Assembly (NCBI GenBank): GCA_048938025.1
Contig: JBHLMP010000011.1
Coordinates: 1-25,176 of the forward strand
Length of the DNA stretch: 25,176 nt
From: Promethearchaeota archaeon
GTDB lineage: Archaea > Asgardarchaeota > Lokiarchaeia > Sigyniarchaeales > SOKP01
Reading direction: 5' to 3'
Below the pieces are notes generated by a model, which ran no database searches, was not told where the DNA came from, and worked only from the letters and a program-made list of their open reading frames with translations. The translations under genes and the position numbers were made by a program. Shown piece after piece: positions 1 through 9,082 of the stretch (position 1 is its first letter; the number at the start of each line of letters is the position of its first letter).

Positions 1-117
1 AGAGATGAAGTTGGAATTCCTATGTTATTAATTGATTTGGATGTTGGAGATGCTCGGTTTACATCAGAGAAAATAATTCGAGAGAAAATTAAGCTGTTTG
101 CTCAAACACTCCTATAA
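1..117 (+). CDS. 3' end of a probable 2-hydroxyacyl-CoA dehydratase (HgdAB/FldBC-like) subunit, truncated by the window edge
   Basis: Frame 1 reads RDEVGIPMLLIDLDVGDARFTSEKIIREKIKLFAQTLL* (TAA 115-117). This resembles the 'GIPxLxxexD...x.R.eaF' C-terminus of the family. Confidence 0.65.
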   Translation, partial: RDEVGIPMLLIDLDVGDARFTSEKIIREKIKLFAQTLL

Positions 118-208
118 AAGGAATCAAAAATAGAAAATGCAAATTCTTTTTTTATCTTATTATATTTCTTAATTTATCTGTTATTATTCTCAAATAGGGT
201 ATACATAA

Positions 209-724
209 ATGAGAAAAGATTTAGAGAATTTATCAAAAGAAGAATTGCTAGACTATATTGAACACTTATCTAAGATTTGGTTAGCAATTGACGGTACTTG
301 GTTTCAAGCTATTGAAAAAGAATATGGACTCGATAAGGCAATAGATATTGACGTTAAACAATGGAAGAGATTTACAGTAATAGAAGCACAAAGAATAATG
401 AAACTACTTAATCTTCCTGAAAATGGAGGAATTAGCGCTTTAATAAAAGCTCTTAAATTTAGAGCATATGCCAACATAAACATTCAAGAATTTGTAGATA
501 TATCAGAAAAAAGAGTTATTTTTCGTATGAATAATTGTAGGGTTCAATATGCTCGAAAAAGCAGAAATCTTCCAGATTTTCCTTGTAAACCAGTTGGTTT
601 AGTAGAATATGGGGATTTTGCTAAGACAATTGATTCACGAATAGAGACAAGATGTATTTGTTGCCCCCCAGAATCTCATCCCGAAGAATATTACTGTGCT
701 TGGGAATTTATTTTAAAAGACTAA
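209..724 (+). CDS. DUF6125 / V4R-like small-ligand-binding protein
   Basis: WLAIDGTWFQAIEKEYG, CRVQYAR, FPCKPVG and C-terminal CICCPP...YCAWEF, a conserved Cys pattern typical of this anaerobe family. Confidence 0.65.
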   Translation: MRKDLENLSKEELLDYIEHLSKIWLAIDGTWFQAIEKEYGLDKAIDIDVKQWKRFTVIEAQRIMKLLNLPENGGISALIKALKFRAYANINIQEFVDISEKRVIFRMNNCRVQYARKSRNLPDFPCKPVGLVEYGDFAKTIDSRIETRCICCPPESHPEEYYCAWEFILKD

Positions 725-824
725 GACTTCACATAAATGTAACCAATTTCATATAAAATTAATACTTAAATCTTATTTTAAATAATAATTCAATATTACG
801 AAATAATAAAAAAATGAGCTAACT

Positions 825-1850
825 ATGTTTAATAAATCAAATTGTGAAAAATGTGAAAATATCGATTGTTTAACTCATTGTCAATGGATCAATTTTGGTG
901 GTATTGAAGAAGCAAGAATAGAGTTGATGAAATTGATTAATAGAGAGAATTCTCGTGTATTGAGTGAATGTGTGACATGTTATGCTTGTGATGAGTATTG
1001 TCCTTATGATTCTCATCCATTTGATTTAATTGTGGAACTACAAGAGAAATACAAATCACATAATATAGCACCAAATTTAATAGAGACAACAAAAAATAGA
1101 TATAAACCTCATGATGAATTAAGAATTAAGCAAATTGATCCAGGAAAACCAGTTCTAAATAAATGTGCTTTTGTAAAATCGCACGCTAAACATATGGAGG
1201 GTCAATTGTTTGAGAACTTACAATATGTCGCTGGTCTTGATTATTTTTGTAACCTCTTGTACCATCACAATGAAAGAGATTCAATTATAAGAGAGAGGGT
1301 CCCTCTAATAATTGAAAATATTCAAAAACAAAACATACAAGAGATGATTTGCTTTCATGATGAATGCTATGGATTATATGCTTCATACTGTCCAAGAAAT
1401 AATATTGAAGTTCCTTTTAAACCTATTCATTTATTCGAATATCTTTATAACTATCTAAAGGAACACGAGTCAGAGATAAAGCCACTTAATATGAAAATCG
1501 CTTATCAAAGAAATTGCTCTAATAGATTTATTCCTGAAACCGATAAATGGGTCGATAAAATCTGTGAATTAATCGGGATTGAGAGGGTTGCGAGAGAATA
1601 TGATAGAGAAAACGCCCTTTGTTGTGCAGCACCCTTTGGAATGCTAGGGAAAGCAAACTTAGTGAGACCGACACAAACTAAAAATGTAAAAGATATGTTA
1701 GAACATGGAGCCGAAGCCTGTGTATATAATTGTCCAATGTGCTTGGATACTTTAGGGTCCAAAACTCAACGGAAAGGTTTAAAAAACTATTTATTAAGTG
1801 ATTTATGCCGACTTGCATTAGGAGAAAAATTAGATTACAAAATAGATTAA
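825..1850 (+). CDS. Fe-S binding protein with ferredoxin-like N-terminus and CCG-type domain (HdrD/GlpC-like)
   Basis: CEKCENIDCLTHC and CVTCYACDEYCP; CFHDEC; YQRNCS; ALCCAAPFG; YNCPMC. Confidence 0.75.
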   Translation: MFNKSNCEKCENIDCLTHCQWINFGGIEEARIELMKLINRENSRVLSECVTCYACDEYCPYDSHPFDLIVELQEKYKSHNIAPNLIETTKNRYKPHDELRIKQIDPGKPVLNKCAFVKSHAKHMEGQLFENLQYVAGLDYFCNLLYHHNERDSIIRERVPLIIENIQKQNIQEMICFHDECYGLYASYCPRNNIEVPFKPIHLFEYLYNYLKEHESEIKPLNMKIAYQRNCSNRFIPETDKWVDKICELIGIERVAREYDRENALCCAAPFGMLGKANLVRPTQTKNVKDMLEHGAEACVYNCPMCLDTLGSKTQRKGLKNYLLSDLCRLALGEKLDYKID

Positions 1851-2077
1851 AATAACCTATATTGACTTTATATATTTTAAAAAATCTAATTTTTTTTATT
1901 TTTGATTTGAAAAAGTTTAGAAATGTTAAAATATAATAAGATATCTAAAAGCAGCAAATAGTTTTGATATATTATCTTCAAATTAATCTTAGGCATAAGT
2001 ATAAAATAAAATTTATAATTTAGAAAAAATAACAAAACCTAATAGAAATACGAAAAAATTCATAAGGAAGTAATAAA

Positions 2078-2494
2078 ATGACAGAAGAAGAATTGAGGAT
2101 TCAAATTAGTGATAAAGAAGACGACATAACTAGAATAGAAGAAGATGCTGCAAAGAAAGATGCTGGGGCAGAAAAAGAAATTGAAGCCGATTGGGATGCT
2201 GATATCAATGAAACAAAATCTAAATTGGAAGTTGCAGAAGTTGATTTGAAGGAGGCTAAAGAAAAAGCATCAGAATGGGTTTCTAAAAGAGATAAATTAA
2301 CAAACGAAGTAAATTCTTTAAGTACAAAACTCACGAATTTAAAGAAGGGAAAAGCTAAAGCATTAAAAAAGAAGCTAGATGGCATTGAAAACGAAAAGAC
2401 TACAAAGATTAAAAAAATTGAAAAAGAAATTAAAGTTATAAAAAATAAGATAAAAAAGCTAGAAGCTGTAAAGTTAAAACAACAAGAAGGCTAA
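2078..2494 (+). CDS. Charged coiled-coil hypothetical protein
   Basis: 138-aa ORF, K/E-rich with heptad periodicity; acidic N-half, basic C-half. Confidence 0.6.
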   Translation: MTEEELRIQISDKEDDITRIEEDAAKKDAGAEKEIEADWDADINETKSKLEVAEVDLKEAKEKASEWVSKRDKLTNEVNSLSTKLTNLKKGKAKALKKKLDGIENEKTTKIKKIEKEIKVIKNKIKKLEAVKLKQQEG

Positions 2495-2570
2495 ATAAAT
2501 CTTAATTTAAGCCAATTTTTATTTTTTTAAATTTTTTTCATTTATTTCTGAACCATGGAAATTTTAAAAA

Positions 2571-3125
2571 ATGATAATTATAACTGGTTTTGAAAGATAT
2601 GGTAAATATTCATATAATCTTAGTAGTGAAATTGTAAGGAATTTTAAAGATAAATTAGATGAATACTTAATAAAAAAAGTTATTTTACCAGTAGCTTGGA
2701 AGAAAAGTATTGATTTATATAAAGAGATATTGTTACGAGTTGAAAAAAATCCAAAATTAGTAATTCTCTTAGGAATTTATTCGAATAATTCGATATCTAT
2801 TGAGAATATTGCATGGAACTTTGCAATAGGAAATGATATAGAGAATAAGGTTAAATTTGGTCCCATTAGATTATGTTCAACACTTTACATTAAAACAGAT
2901 TTAGATTTAAAAAAGATCTATTCTATTCTCAGAGATAAAATAAAAATTCAAATATCCAACAGTCCAGGGTTATATTTATGTAATTATCTTTATTACTGGG
3001 CTTTATATTTATCAAATAAAAGTTATCCAGTTATTTTTATACACATACCTTATAATGGAAAATTAATTAGATACATTCAGATAATTGAAATAATAATAAA
3101 ATTAATTATTAAATTAAGTAATTAA
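2571..3125 (+). CDS. pcp: Pyroglutamyl-peptidase I (peptidase C15)
   Basis: IIITGFERYG..NLS start, LPVAW, candidate triad Glu (SIENIAWN), Cys (GLYLCNYLYY) and His (FIHIP). Confidence 0.8.
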   Translation: MIIITGFERYGKYSYNLSSEIVRNFKDKLDEYLIKKVILPVAWKKSIDLYKEILLRVEKNPKLVILLGIYSNNSISIENIAWNFAIGNDIENKVKFGPIRLCSTLYIKTDLDLKKIYSILRDKIKIQISNSPGLYLCNYLYYWALYLSNKSYPVIFIHIPYNGKLIRYIQIIEIIIKLIIKLSN

Positions 3126-3143
3126 GAAGGAGAATTCGTTCAT

Positions 3144-3287
3144 TTAAAGGTTAAGTGGTAATTTTTGCCCTTTTTCGTTAATAAAATCTCTATTTTTCTC
3201 TGGATGGATATGAAGTTCCTCATATAACCAATTTAGAAGTCGCATTTTAGAATTATAAATCTCCACTTCTTCTTCAAATAATTCCAT
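3144..3287 (-). CDS. Small hypothetical protein (47 aa), below the ORF-track cutoff
   Basis: ATG at 3287 to TAA at 3146-3144: MELFEEEVEIYNSKMRLLNWLYEELHIHPEKNRDFINEKGQKLPLNL. Fills an otherwise empty gap, has protein-like composition and is co-directional with 3427-3840. Confidence 0.5.
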   Translation of the reverse strand: MELFEEEVEIYNSKMRLLNWLYEELHIHPEKNRDFINEKGQKLPLNL

Positions 3288-3426
3288 TCTAAAACACTTT
3301 TAATAATTCTGTTTATCCTAATCCCAATTTATTTAAAAATACATATTTACTGATATAATATACAGAGGATATCCAATTCAAAAAATGCAGAATATCTTTT
3401 TGAAAATAAAGAAATTTTATTGAAAA

Positions 3427-3840
3427 TTAGGATTTCTTATAATTTTTTTCTATTTTTTCAAGATCATAAACAATATTTTCTATAGGATCTCCATTTATCA
3501 CTTGATGTAATTTGTCAATTAATTCTTTTGGAAACATTTTAAATTGAGCTATTGAATCTTTGTATTCTTTAAACTCATCAGTAATAGTATATTCACTTGT
3601 ACTTCTCTTAGCATCAAATTCTTTCATTACAATCTTCAAAAATGAATCAATCATTTCATTAATGATTTCATTTTCAAATTTTTGTACTTCGTAATTAATC
3701 TCATAAATTAAATGGTCATATTTTTTGTTAATTTCTGCGATTTCTTCTTCTTTCTTCGTATTTAATTCTTCGATTTTTGGTTGAAGTTCTTTCTTTCGTT
3801 GTTCTAACTCTTCCAGTTTAGATTTAAATTTATTAATCAT
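3427..3840 (-). CDS. Hypothetical protein with N-terminal coiled coil
   Basis: 137-aa ORF; KLEELEQRKKELQPKIEELNTKKEEEIAEINKK heptads. Confidence 0.65.
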   Translation of the reverse strand: MINKFKSKLEELEQRKKELQPKIEELNTKKEEEIAEINKKYDHLIYEINYEVQKFENEIINEMIDSFLKIVMKEFDAKRSTSEYTITDEFKEYKDSIAQFKMFPKELIDKLHQVINGDPIENIVYDLEKIEKNYKKS

Positions 3841-3944
3841 AATTCATTTAATAATAGAATTTATTTAAAAACTTAATTAATCAAAATTTTTTATTTAAAA
3901 AGATTTTTAAATCAACCGATTTAATAAATTGATTATTGATTTAA

Positions 3945-4850
3945 ATGATAAAAAATATTTCTGTTCCAGAACCAAAAGTAGATCTAAAATTTATAGATGT
4001 CCATTGCCATTTGCCATTTCCTAGACCTAAAAAAAATGATAGATTACCTTCTGATGAGGAACAATATTATAATTATTTTAAGGATGGTGGCATTTTTCTA
4101 ATTACATGTTCTATTGACATAAATACATTAAAAATAATCTTAGCTTTTTTAAAAGACAAGGATAAGATCGGTTTTTCCTGTGGTTGGGCACCTCAAACAG
4201 TTACTTACACATCAAAAAATAAACATGACAAGGAATGGAAGGAATGGATTAACTTTTTAAAAGAAAATCCTGGAAAATATCTAGCTATAGGAGAAATTGG
4301 CTTAGACTTCCATCACGCTCGAACATTGGATAATAGAAATAAACAGGTTGAAGTATTTAAAAAAATTATTGAAAATACTATGGATCTTCAAAAACCCTAT
4401 ATTTTACACGTGAGAAATGCTTCAGAACGTGAATTTGATAGGGACAACCCAAAACATCGATTTAATAAAAGAGATGGTGCAAATCAGGAATTATTAAAAA
4501 TATTAAAAGATTATAACATTGATCCAGAAAGAGTTATATGGCATTGTTTCTCTGGTCCCGAGCAATATGGGATGCTTCTATCTAAGCAAGGATTTTTACT
4601 TTCTGTTCCAAGTTCCGCATATGGAAATAATAAATGGCGAAAAGTAACAAGAAATGCTTCTCTGGATTCTTTAGTAACAGAAACAGATAGTTATTATCAA
4701 CATCCATTCCTTAGAGGACCATTTAATGTACCATCAAACGCAAAATATGCAGTTGCCGCAATAGCATACTCCCATAATGTTTCACAAGAATTAGTTAGTA
4801 AAAAGACTATTGAAAATGCTATAAGATTTTTTAATTTAGATTTAGTATAA
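3945..4850 (+). CDS. tatD: TatD-family metal-dependent hydrolase/DNase
   Basis: DVHCH, AIGEIGLDF, ILHVR, WHCFSG and TETDS metal-binding motifs. Confidence 0.9.
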   Translation: MIKNISVPEPKVDLKFIDVHCHLPFPRPKKNDRLPSDEEQYYNYFKDGGIFLITCSIDINTLKIILAFLKDKDKIGFSCGWAPQTVTYTSKNKHDKEWKEWINFLKENPGKYLAIGEIGLDFHHARTLDNRNKQVEVFKKIIENTMDLQKPYILHVRNASEREFDRDNPKHRFNKRDGANQELLKILKDYNIDPERVIWHCFSGPEQYGMLLSKQGFLLSVPSSAYGNNKWRKVTRNASLDSLVTETDSYYQHPFLRGPFNVPSNAKYAVAAIAYSHNVSQELVSKKTIENAIRFFNLDLV

Positions 4851-4945
4851 AATCTCCACATAGCTATTGAAATTAAAAAAGATTTTAATTAAAATTAATA
4901 CTTTAAGCTTTAACTTATAACTTCAAAAATCACAAGGTTGATACT

Positions 4946-5461
4946 TTGAAAATTTTAATAACCTATTTTTCTCAAACAGGAAATACTGAAAAAGTTGCAA
5001 TTAGCATGAAGGAAGCATTAACAAATGAAGAAGTCGATTTATTACCTGTTAAAAATGTGGATCCCACTAATTTAAGTACCTATGATCTTATCTTTTTAGG
5101 CTCAGGAGTTTATGCTAGTCGAGCTCATAATTCTGTTGTAAATTTAATTAAAAATGCACCTGATCTCCCCCCGAAATTTGCTTTTTTTTGTACTCACCAA
5201 AGTTTAGATTTTTATCAAAAGCCATTTATTAAGATCAACAAAATATTTGAAAAGAATAACTGCAAATTACTGGGTACTTTTGACTGTGTAGGAGAAAATC
5301 TAGGGATCCCTAAAGAAACCCAAATTGCAATGCTTAATAGATTACCAGAGGAACAAAGGAAAAAAGCGGAAGAAGACTGGAAGAAAAGCAAAGATCGTCC
5401 TAATAATGATGATCTTGAGAACGCCAAAAAATTTACTCAATCAATTATAAAGTTGTTGTAA
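4946..5461 (+). CDS. Flavodoxin-family protein
   Basis: ILITYFSQTGNTEKVA FMN phosphate loop, YDLIFLGSGVY, FAFFCTH, RPNNDDLENAKKF; TTG start. Confidence 0.85.
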   Translation: MKILITYFSQTGNTEKVAISMKEALTNEEVDLLPVKNVDPTNLSTYDLIFLGSGVYASRAHNSVVNLIKNAPDLPPKFAFFCTHQSLDFYQKPFIKINKIFEKNNCKLLGTFDCVGENLGIPKETQIAMLNRLPEEQRKKAEEDWKKSKDRPNNDDLENAKKFTQSIIKLL

Positions 5462-5592
5462 ATCTATTTTTTCTTATTTTTTTTTACAGATAAACAAAAT
5501 TTAAAATCACAAAAATCAGTCTAAATTTTGTTTAAATATAAATTAGAATTTTCTTCAATTAGGAATTGAAAATATTATATAAGTGATTTTAA

Positions 5593-6609
5593 ATGAAAAA
5601 AGGTCTAAGATTAGGGTTAATAATAACTTCTCTTATAATTGTCTGTGGGGTTACTGTTTTTGGAATTGCTATAATTGTAACATGGGATGAATATAATGAT
5701 TCTTATGTTTTTTATTACAAACCAGAAACTTCATCATCGATTGAGAAAATTAGTATAAACACTGATATTGGAAAAATTAATCTGAAATACAATACTACTC
5801 CTACAGATTATTACGCAAAAATAGATGCCGATATACATGTTGTAGGTCCTTTTGTTAAAGAAAAATCATTTTCAGATTTCTTTAAACCAATTATTTGGAT
5901 TAATGAAAGTACGACAGTAATAAAGTTTTCATTAGAAAGCAAACCAATGTCATGGATTATGTTTATTGGAGGATCTAAAATAAAAATTAATGTTACCCTT
6001 AGAACAGATGTTATTTATGATATAAACGCAGAAGCAACAACTGGAGCTGTAGTAGCGATTATCCCAGATAACACTACTCACGATCAAATTAATCTTGAAG
6101 TAACAACAGGTTCAGTAAAACTATATGCTACTGGCGCAAACTTCACCAACAATTTAAGAGCAATAGCTACTACTGGTAATGTAAAATTAAATTTTACTAA
6201 TTGCATTTTAGCAGGAAATATAACAAGTAGAATTACCACAGGCAGTCTTACATTAAAGTCTTTTAATATGGTTTATACTCAGAGTAGTAATTGGAATTTA
6301 GATTCAACTACGGGTAATGTGAACATTTACATTTATCAGCATTCTAATATGGGTGCTGATGTAATTGGATCTGTGGATGCAACTACAGGAAACATCAAAA
6401 TAGTATATGAAGATACAAGTCCGCTCGTTGGATCGTTTTATACTGCTGATGTAACTACTGGTGATATAGATTATCATGATTTAGGTGGATTCTCTCAACA
6501 ATCTAGTGGTTTTGGTTCCGATGACTTTCTTGCTACTGCAATTTATACATATATTTTAGATTTAGAAACAACCACTGGTAATATTGATATCTACGGAAGG
6601 AGTAGTTAA
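5593..6609 (+). CDS. Membrane-anchored beta-strand-repeat surface protein (DUF4097/adhesin-like)
   Basis: N-terminal TM helix; about eight repeats of [A/V/T/S/I]TTGx[V/I/L]; several N-x-S/T sequons; paralog of 22380-23384. Confidence 0.7.
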   Translation: MKKGLRLGLIITSLIIVCGVTVFGIAIIVTWDEYNDSYVFYYKPETSSSIEKISINTDIGKINLKYNTTPTDYYAKIDADIHVVGPFVKEKSFSDFFKPIIWINESTTVIKFSLESKPMSWIMFIGGSKIKINVTLRTDVIYDINAEATTGAVVAIIPDNTTHDQINLEVTTGSVKLYATGANFTNNLRAIATTGNVKLNFTNCILAGNITSRITTGSLTLKSFNMVYTQSSNWNLDSTTGNVNIYIYQHSNMGADVIGSVDATTGNIKIVYEDTSPLVGSFYTADVTTGDIDYHDLGGFSQQSSGFGSDDFLATAIYTYILDLETTTGNIDIYGRSS

Positions 6610-6618
6610 ATAATTAAT

Positions 6619-6665
6619 AAAAAAAAATTTTATTTCTTTTTTTTTTTTAGATTTTCTTATTTATT
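6619..6665. terminator. Putative bidirectional oligo-T terminator between convergent genes
   Basis: A-run near 6619-6627 (T-run on the minus strand) and T-run near 6637-6648, between the stops at 6609 (+) and 6666 (-). Confidence 0.45.
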
Positions 6666-7511
6666 TTAGAAAGTTAGGATAGTAACCACTGGTAAATGAT
6701 CAGAACCAAATTCTGCAGGATCATCATCTATATTTGGATCAAAATCTCTAATCACATAACTATTTATCACACTACTGTACCCTGTAGCAAAAATATAATC
6801 TATTGATGTTTCTGGAACGTCATATAGATTATAACTGGGAAATGTAATTGGATCAGTTTCGAATCCATCCATCGTATCGTTAAAAAAATTTCTAACCGTT
6901 TGAATTTCTGTTGTGCTATTGTCTAAATTAAAATCTCCCATCAAAAATTTCGGATTCCCTACAACTGCATTAGTTTTAGAAAGAACATAATTAACTTGAG
7001 CAGTTAGGTCTTCATCACGTTCAACAAGTCCAAGATGTGTTACAAATACATCTATACTTAAGGTTGAATTTATTTCTATCGTTCCATGAATCAGAACTCT
7101 TTGTAAATCGATGCTAGGAATCATATAGCCCTTTTGGAATGTAATTGGATATTTGCTAAGTAAAGCACATCCTAAGGTATGTTCGTTTTCTCCTGGAAAA
7201 TAAAAATAATACATTTTTAGTCTATTTGCTAACCAAAAAGCCATATCAATTCCTTGAGTAGTTATCCTTCCATTATCTACTTCTTGTAAACCTAGAATAT
7301 CGGGTTTGTCTGTTAAAATATTTTGTGCTAATCGCTCCAAATTTATTTCATCATCCATCCCCTGACCAAAATGAATATTATAAGTCATAAATTTAAACTG
7401 GGTTTTTGTAGGTGTTTCAATCGGAATTTCACTAATACCATACATTATGAATGCTGATATTAATGGTAAAAAGAATAAAATTACAGCTATTACTTTATAC
7501 TCTTTTTTCAT
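6666..7511 (-). CDS. Membrane-anchored endonuclease/exonuclease/phosphatase (EEP) domain protein, similar to the Cwh43/PGAP2IP C-terminal domain
   Basis: N-terminal TM; MTYNIHFG, DILGLQEVD, HTLGCALLSKYPI, VTHLG, LMGDFN, IDYIF, GSDHLPV. Start overlaps the upstream stop (ATGA, 7508-7511). Confidence 0.85.
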   Translation of the reverse strand: MKKEYKVIAVILFFLPLISAFIMYGISEIPIETPTKTQFKFMTYNIHFGQGMDDEINLERLAQNILTDKPDILGLQEVDNGRITTQGIDMAFWLANRLKMYYFYFPGENEHTLGCALLSKYPITFQKGYMIPSIDLQRVLIHGTIEINSTLSIDVFVTHLGLVERDEDLTAQVNYVLSKTNAVVGNPKFLMGDFNLDNSTTEIQTVRNFFNDTMDGFETDPITFPSYNLYDVPETSIDYIFATGYSSVINSYVIRDFDPNIDDDPAEFGSDHLPVVTILTF

Positions 7512-8785
7512 CTTTTAAGCTCCTCCTGATTTGATTTAAATATAATTGCACAAAAAGTAGAGACGGAAAAAATAATTCCCGCAATTAACATTACTATAGG
7601 TCCTAACCCCTTAAGAAATTCACCAATAGTAGCCCATTCAGTTGTAAAGATATGAAGAACACTGAATAAAAGCATAAAAAGAAGACCAATGGTAAAGACA
7701 TTAGACATTGTCTTTACTTTCTCCCATTTAAATGTAATTTTAGCCATTCGAGAAAATAATAGGTATAAATTTATATACATGACTATTAATGAAATTGAGA
7801 TAAAGATACTTGCCATATAGGTTAAATCCTTTGGAAAAAAGAAAAATAGTATCAAGGATATTATTAAGAATATATTTAATCCTGCTATGATTTTAATATC
7901 TGAAAGAAAGTCTGATTTTATAAATAGAACGATGCAGATTGTTCCCATTAAAGAAAAAATATTCAAAATATTATTGAAATAATAATTCGTTGCTGTAAAC
8001 TGAGCAATTGCATTTGGATATATGAATAGATTAAATTGAAGGAAAAGAAATAATCCAATTCCTACAAAAATTAATGAATACTTTGTACTATAATTTCCAT
8101 TATTTTGTGGTTTTTCAGGTTTAATCTCATTAGAAAATCTCACAAAGTGTACTTTTGTGAAATAAATACATAAAACACTTAAGGGTATTTGAATGAATAA
8201 CCAAAAATATTGGCTTATCATCCAATCAATGATTAATCCAGGAGTTACTAAAGATAAATCCATAGTTAATCCTAATGTTCTAATAAAATAATCAATTAGA
8301 AAGGCGATAAAGAGTGATAGGATAAAAAATAGAATTTTATGGTTTGTATCAATATCATCAGTTTCTTTAATCCATAAAGTAAGGAATGTACTCATAAAAA
8401 AACCATAAAAAGAAACAATCAATCCAGCAAATATAGTTTCTAGTTTAGAATGTAAATGAAAAACCATTAAAAATCTAATTATAGCAATGATATATACAGA
8501 TAGAATCATTAAACGATTTAATCCGATTTTTTTGCAAATGGTATTTGTTAAAGCAGGTAGAAAGAAAAATATGAAAGCTAATAATATTATTGTATTAATC
8601 AAAACATCTTCACCAAAAACCACATGGGTTAGCGATACATAAATGCCTGGTATAAATGCCCGCATTGCTTGAATGAAAAACAAATTAATAAATATCATTA
8701 CAAATCCAAGGGAAACGAATGTCTTAGTAGATAACTTATTTTCTATTTCTATTAATGAGAAATCAGATTTTATTTTAAATGTCAT
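7508..8785 (-). CDS. Polytopic membrane protein (~12 TM), translationally coupled to the EEP gene
   Basis: About twelve hydrophobic segments in 425 aa; 4-bp stop/start overlap with 6666-7511. Confidence 0.75.
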   Translation of the reverse strand: MTFKIKSDFSLIEIENKLSTKTFVSLGFVMIFINLFFIQAMRAFIPGIYVSLTHVVFGEDVLINTIILLAFIFFFLPALTNTICKKIGLNRLMILSVYIIAIIRFLMVFHLHSKLETIFAGLIVSFYGFFMSTFLTLWIKETDDIDTNHKILFFILSLFIAFLIDYFIRTLGLTMDLSLVTPGLIIDWMISQYFWLFIQIPLSVLCIYFTKVHFVRFSNEIKPEKPQNNGNYSTKYSLIFVGIGLFLFLQFNLFIYPNAIAQFTATNYYFNNILNIFSLMGTICIVLFIKSDFLSDIKIIAGLNIFLIISLILFFFFPKDLTYMASIFISISLIVMYINLYLLFSRMAKITFKWEKVKTMSNVFTIGLLFMLLFSVLHIFTTEWATIGEFLKGLGPIVMLIAGIIFSVSTFCAIIFKSNQEELKR

Positions 8786-9082
8786 TCTTCTCAGATTTTT
8801 TTTAATAATTCATTATTGAAATAAAAATTGTTAATTATTTTATAAGTCTATATTCTTTTAATAAATATCGCTTATTTGAAAGTGAAATATTTGAAGAAAG
8901 TTTTCGTTTATTGGAAAAAGGAGCTATTAAAATTCAACTTCTTTGATTATTATAATGTTTTTACTAAGGCTAAAATTTTCATTCTTTTGATATTTTACAC
9001 TAAAGTTGGAAAATTATTTAATTTCAATCATCTAATACATATTAAATATTGAAATTATTGATTTTTTGTTAGTGATTATAAA

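Noticed and set aside
2078-3840. Coiled-coil proteins as ESCRT-III/Snf7, prefoldin or SNARE homologs
   Set aside because: Only generic heptads are visible with no diagnostic motif; a profile search would be needed.
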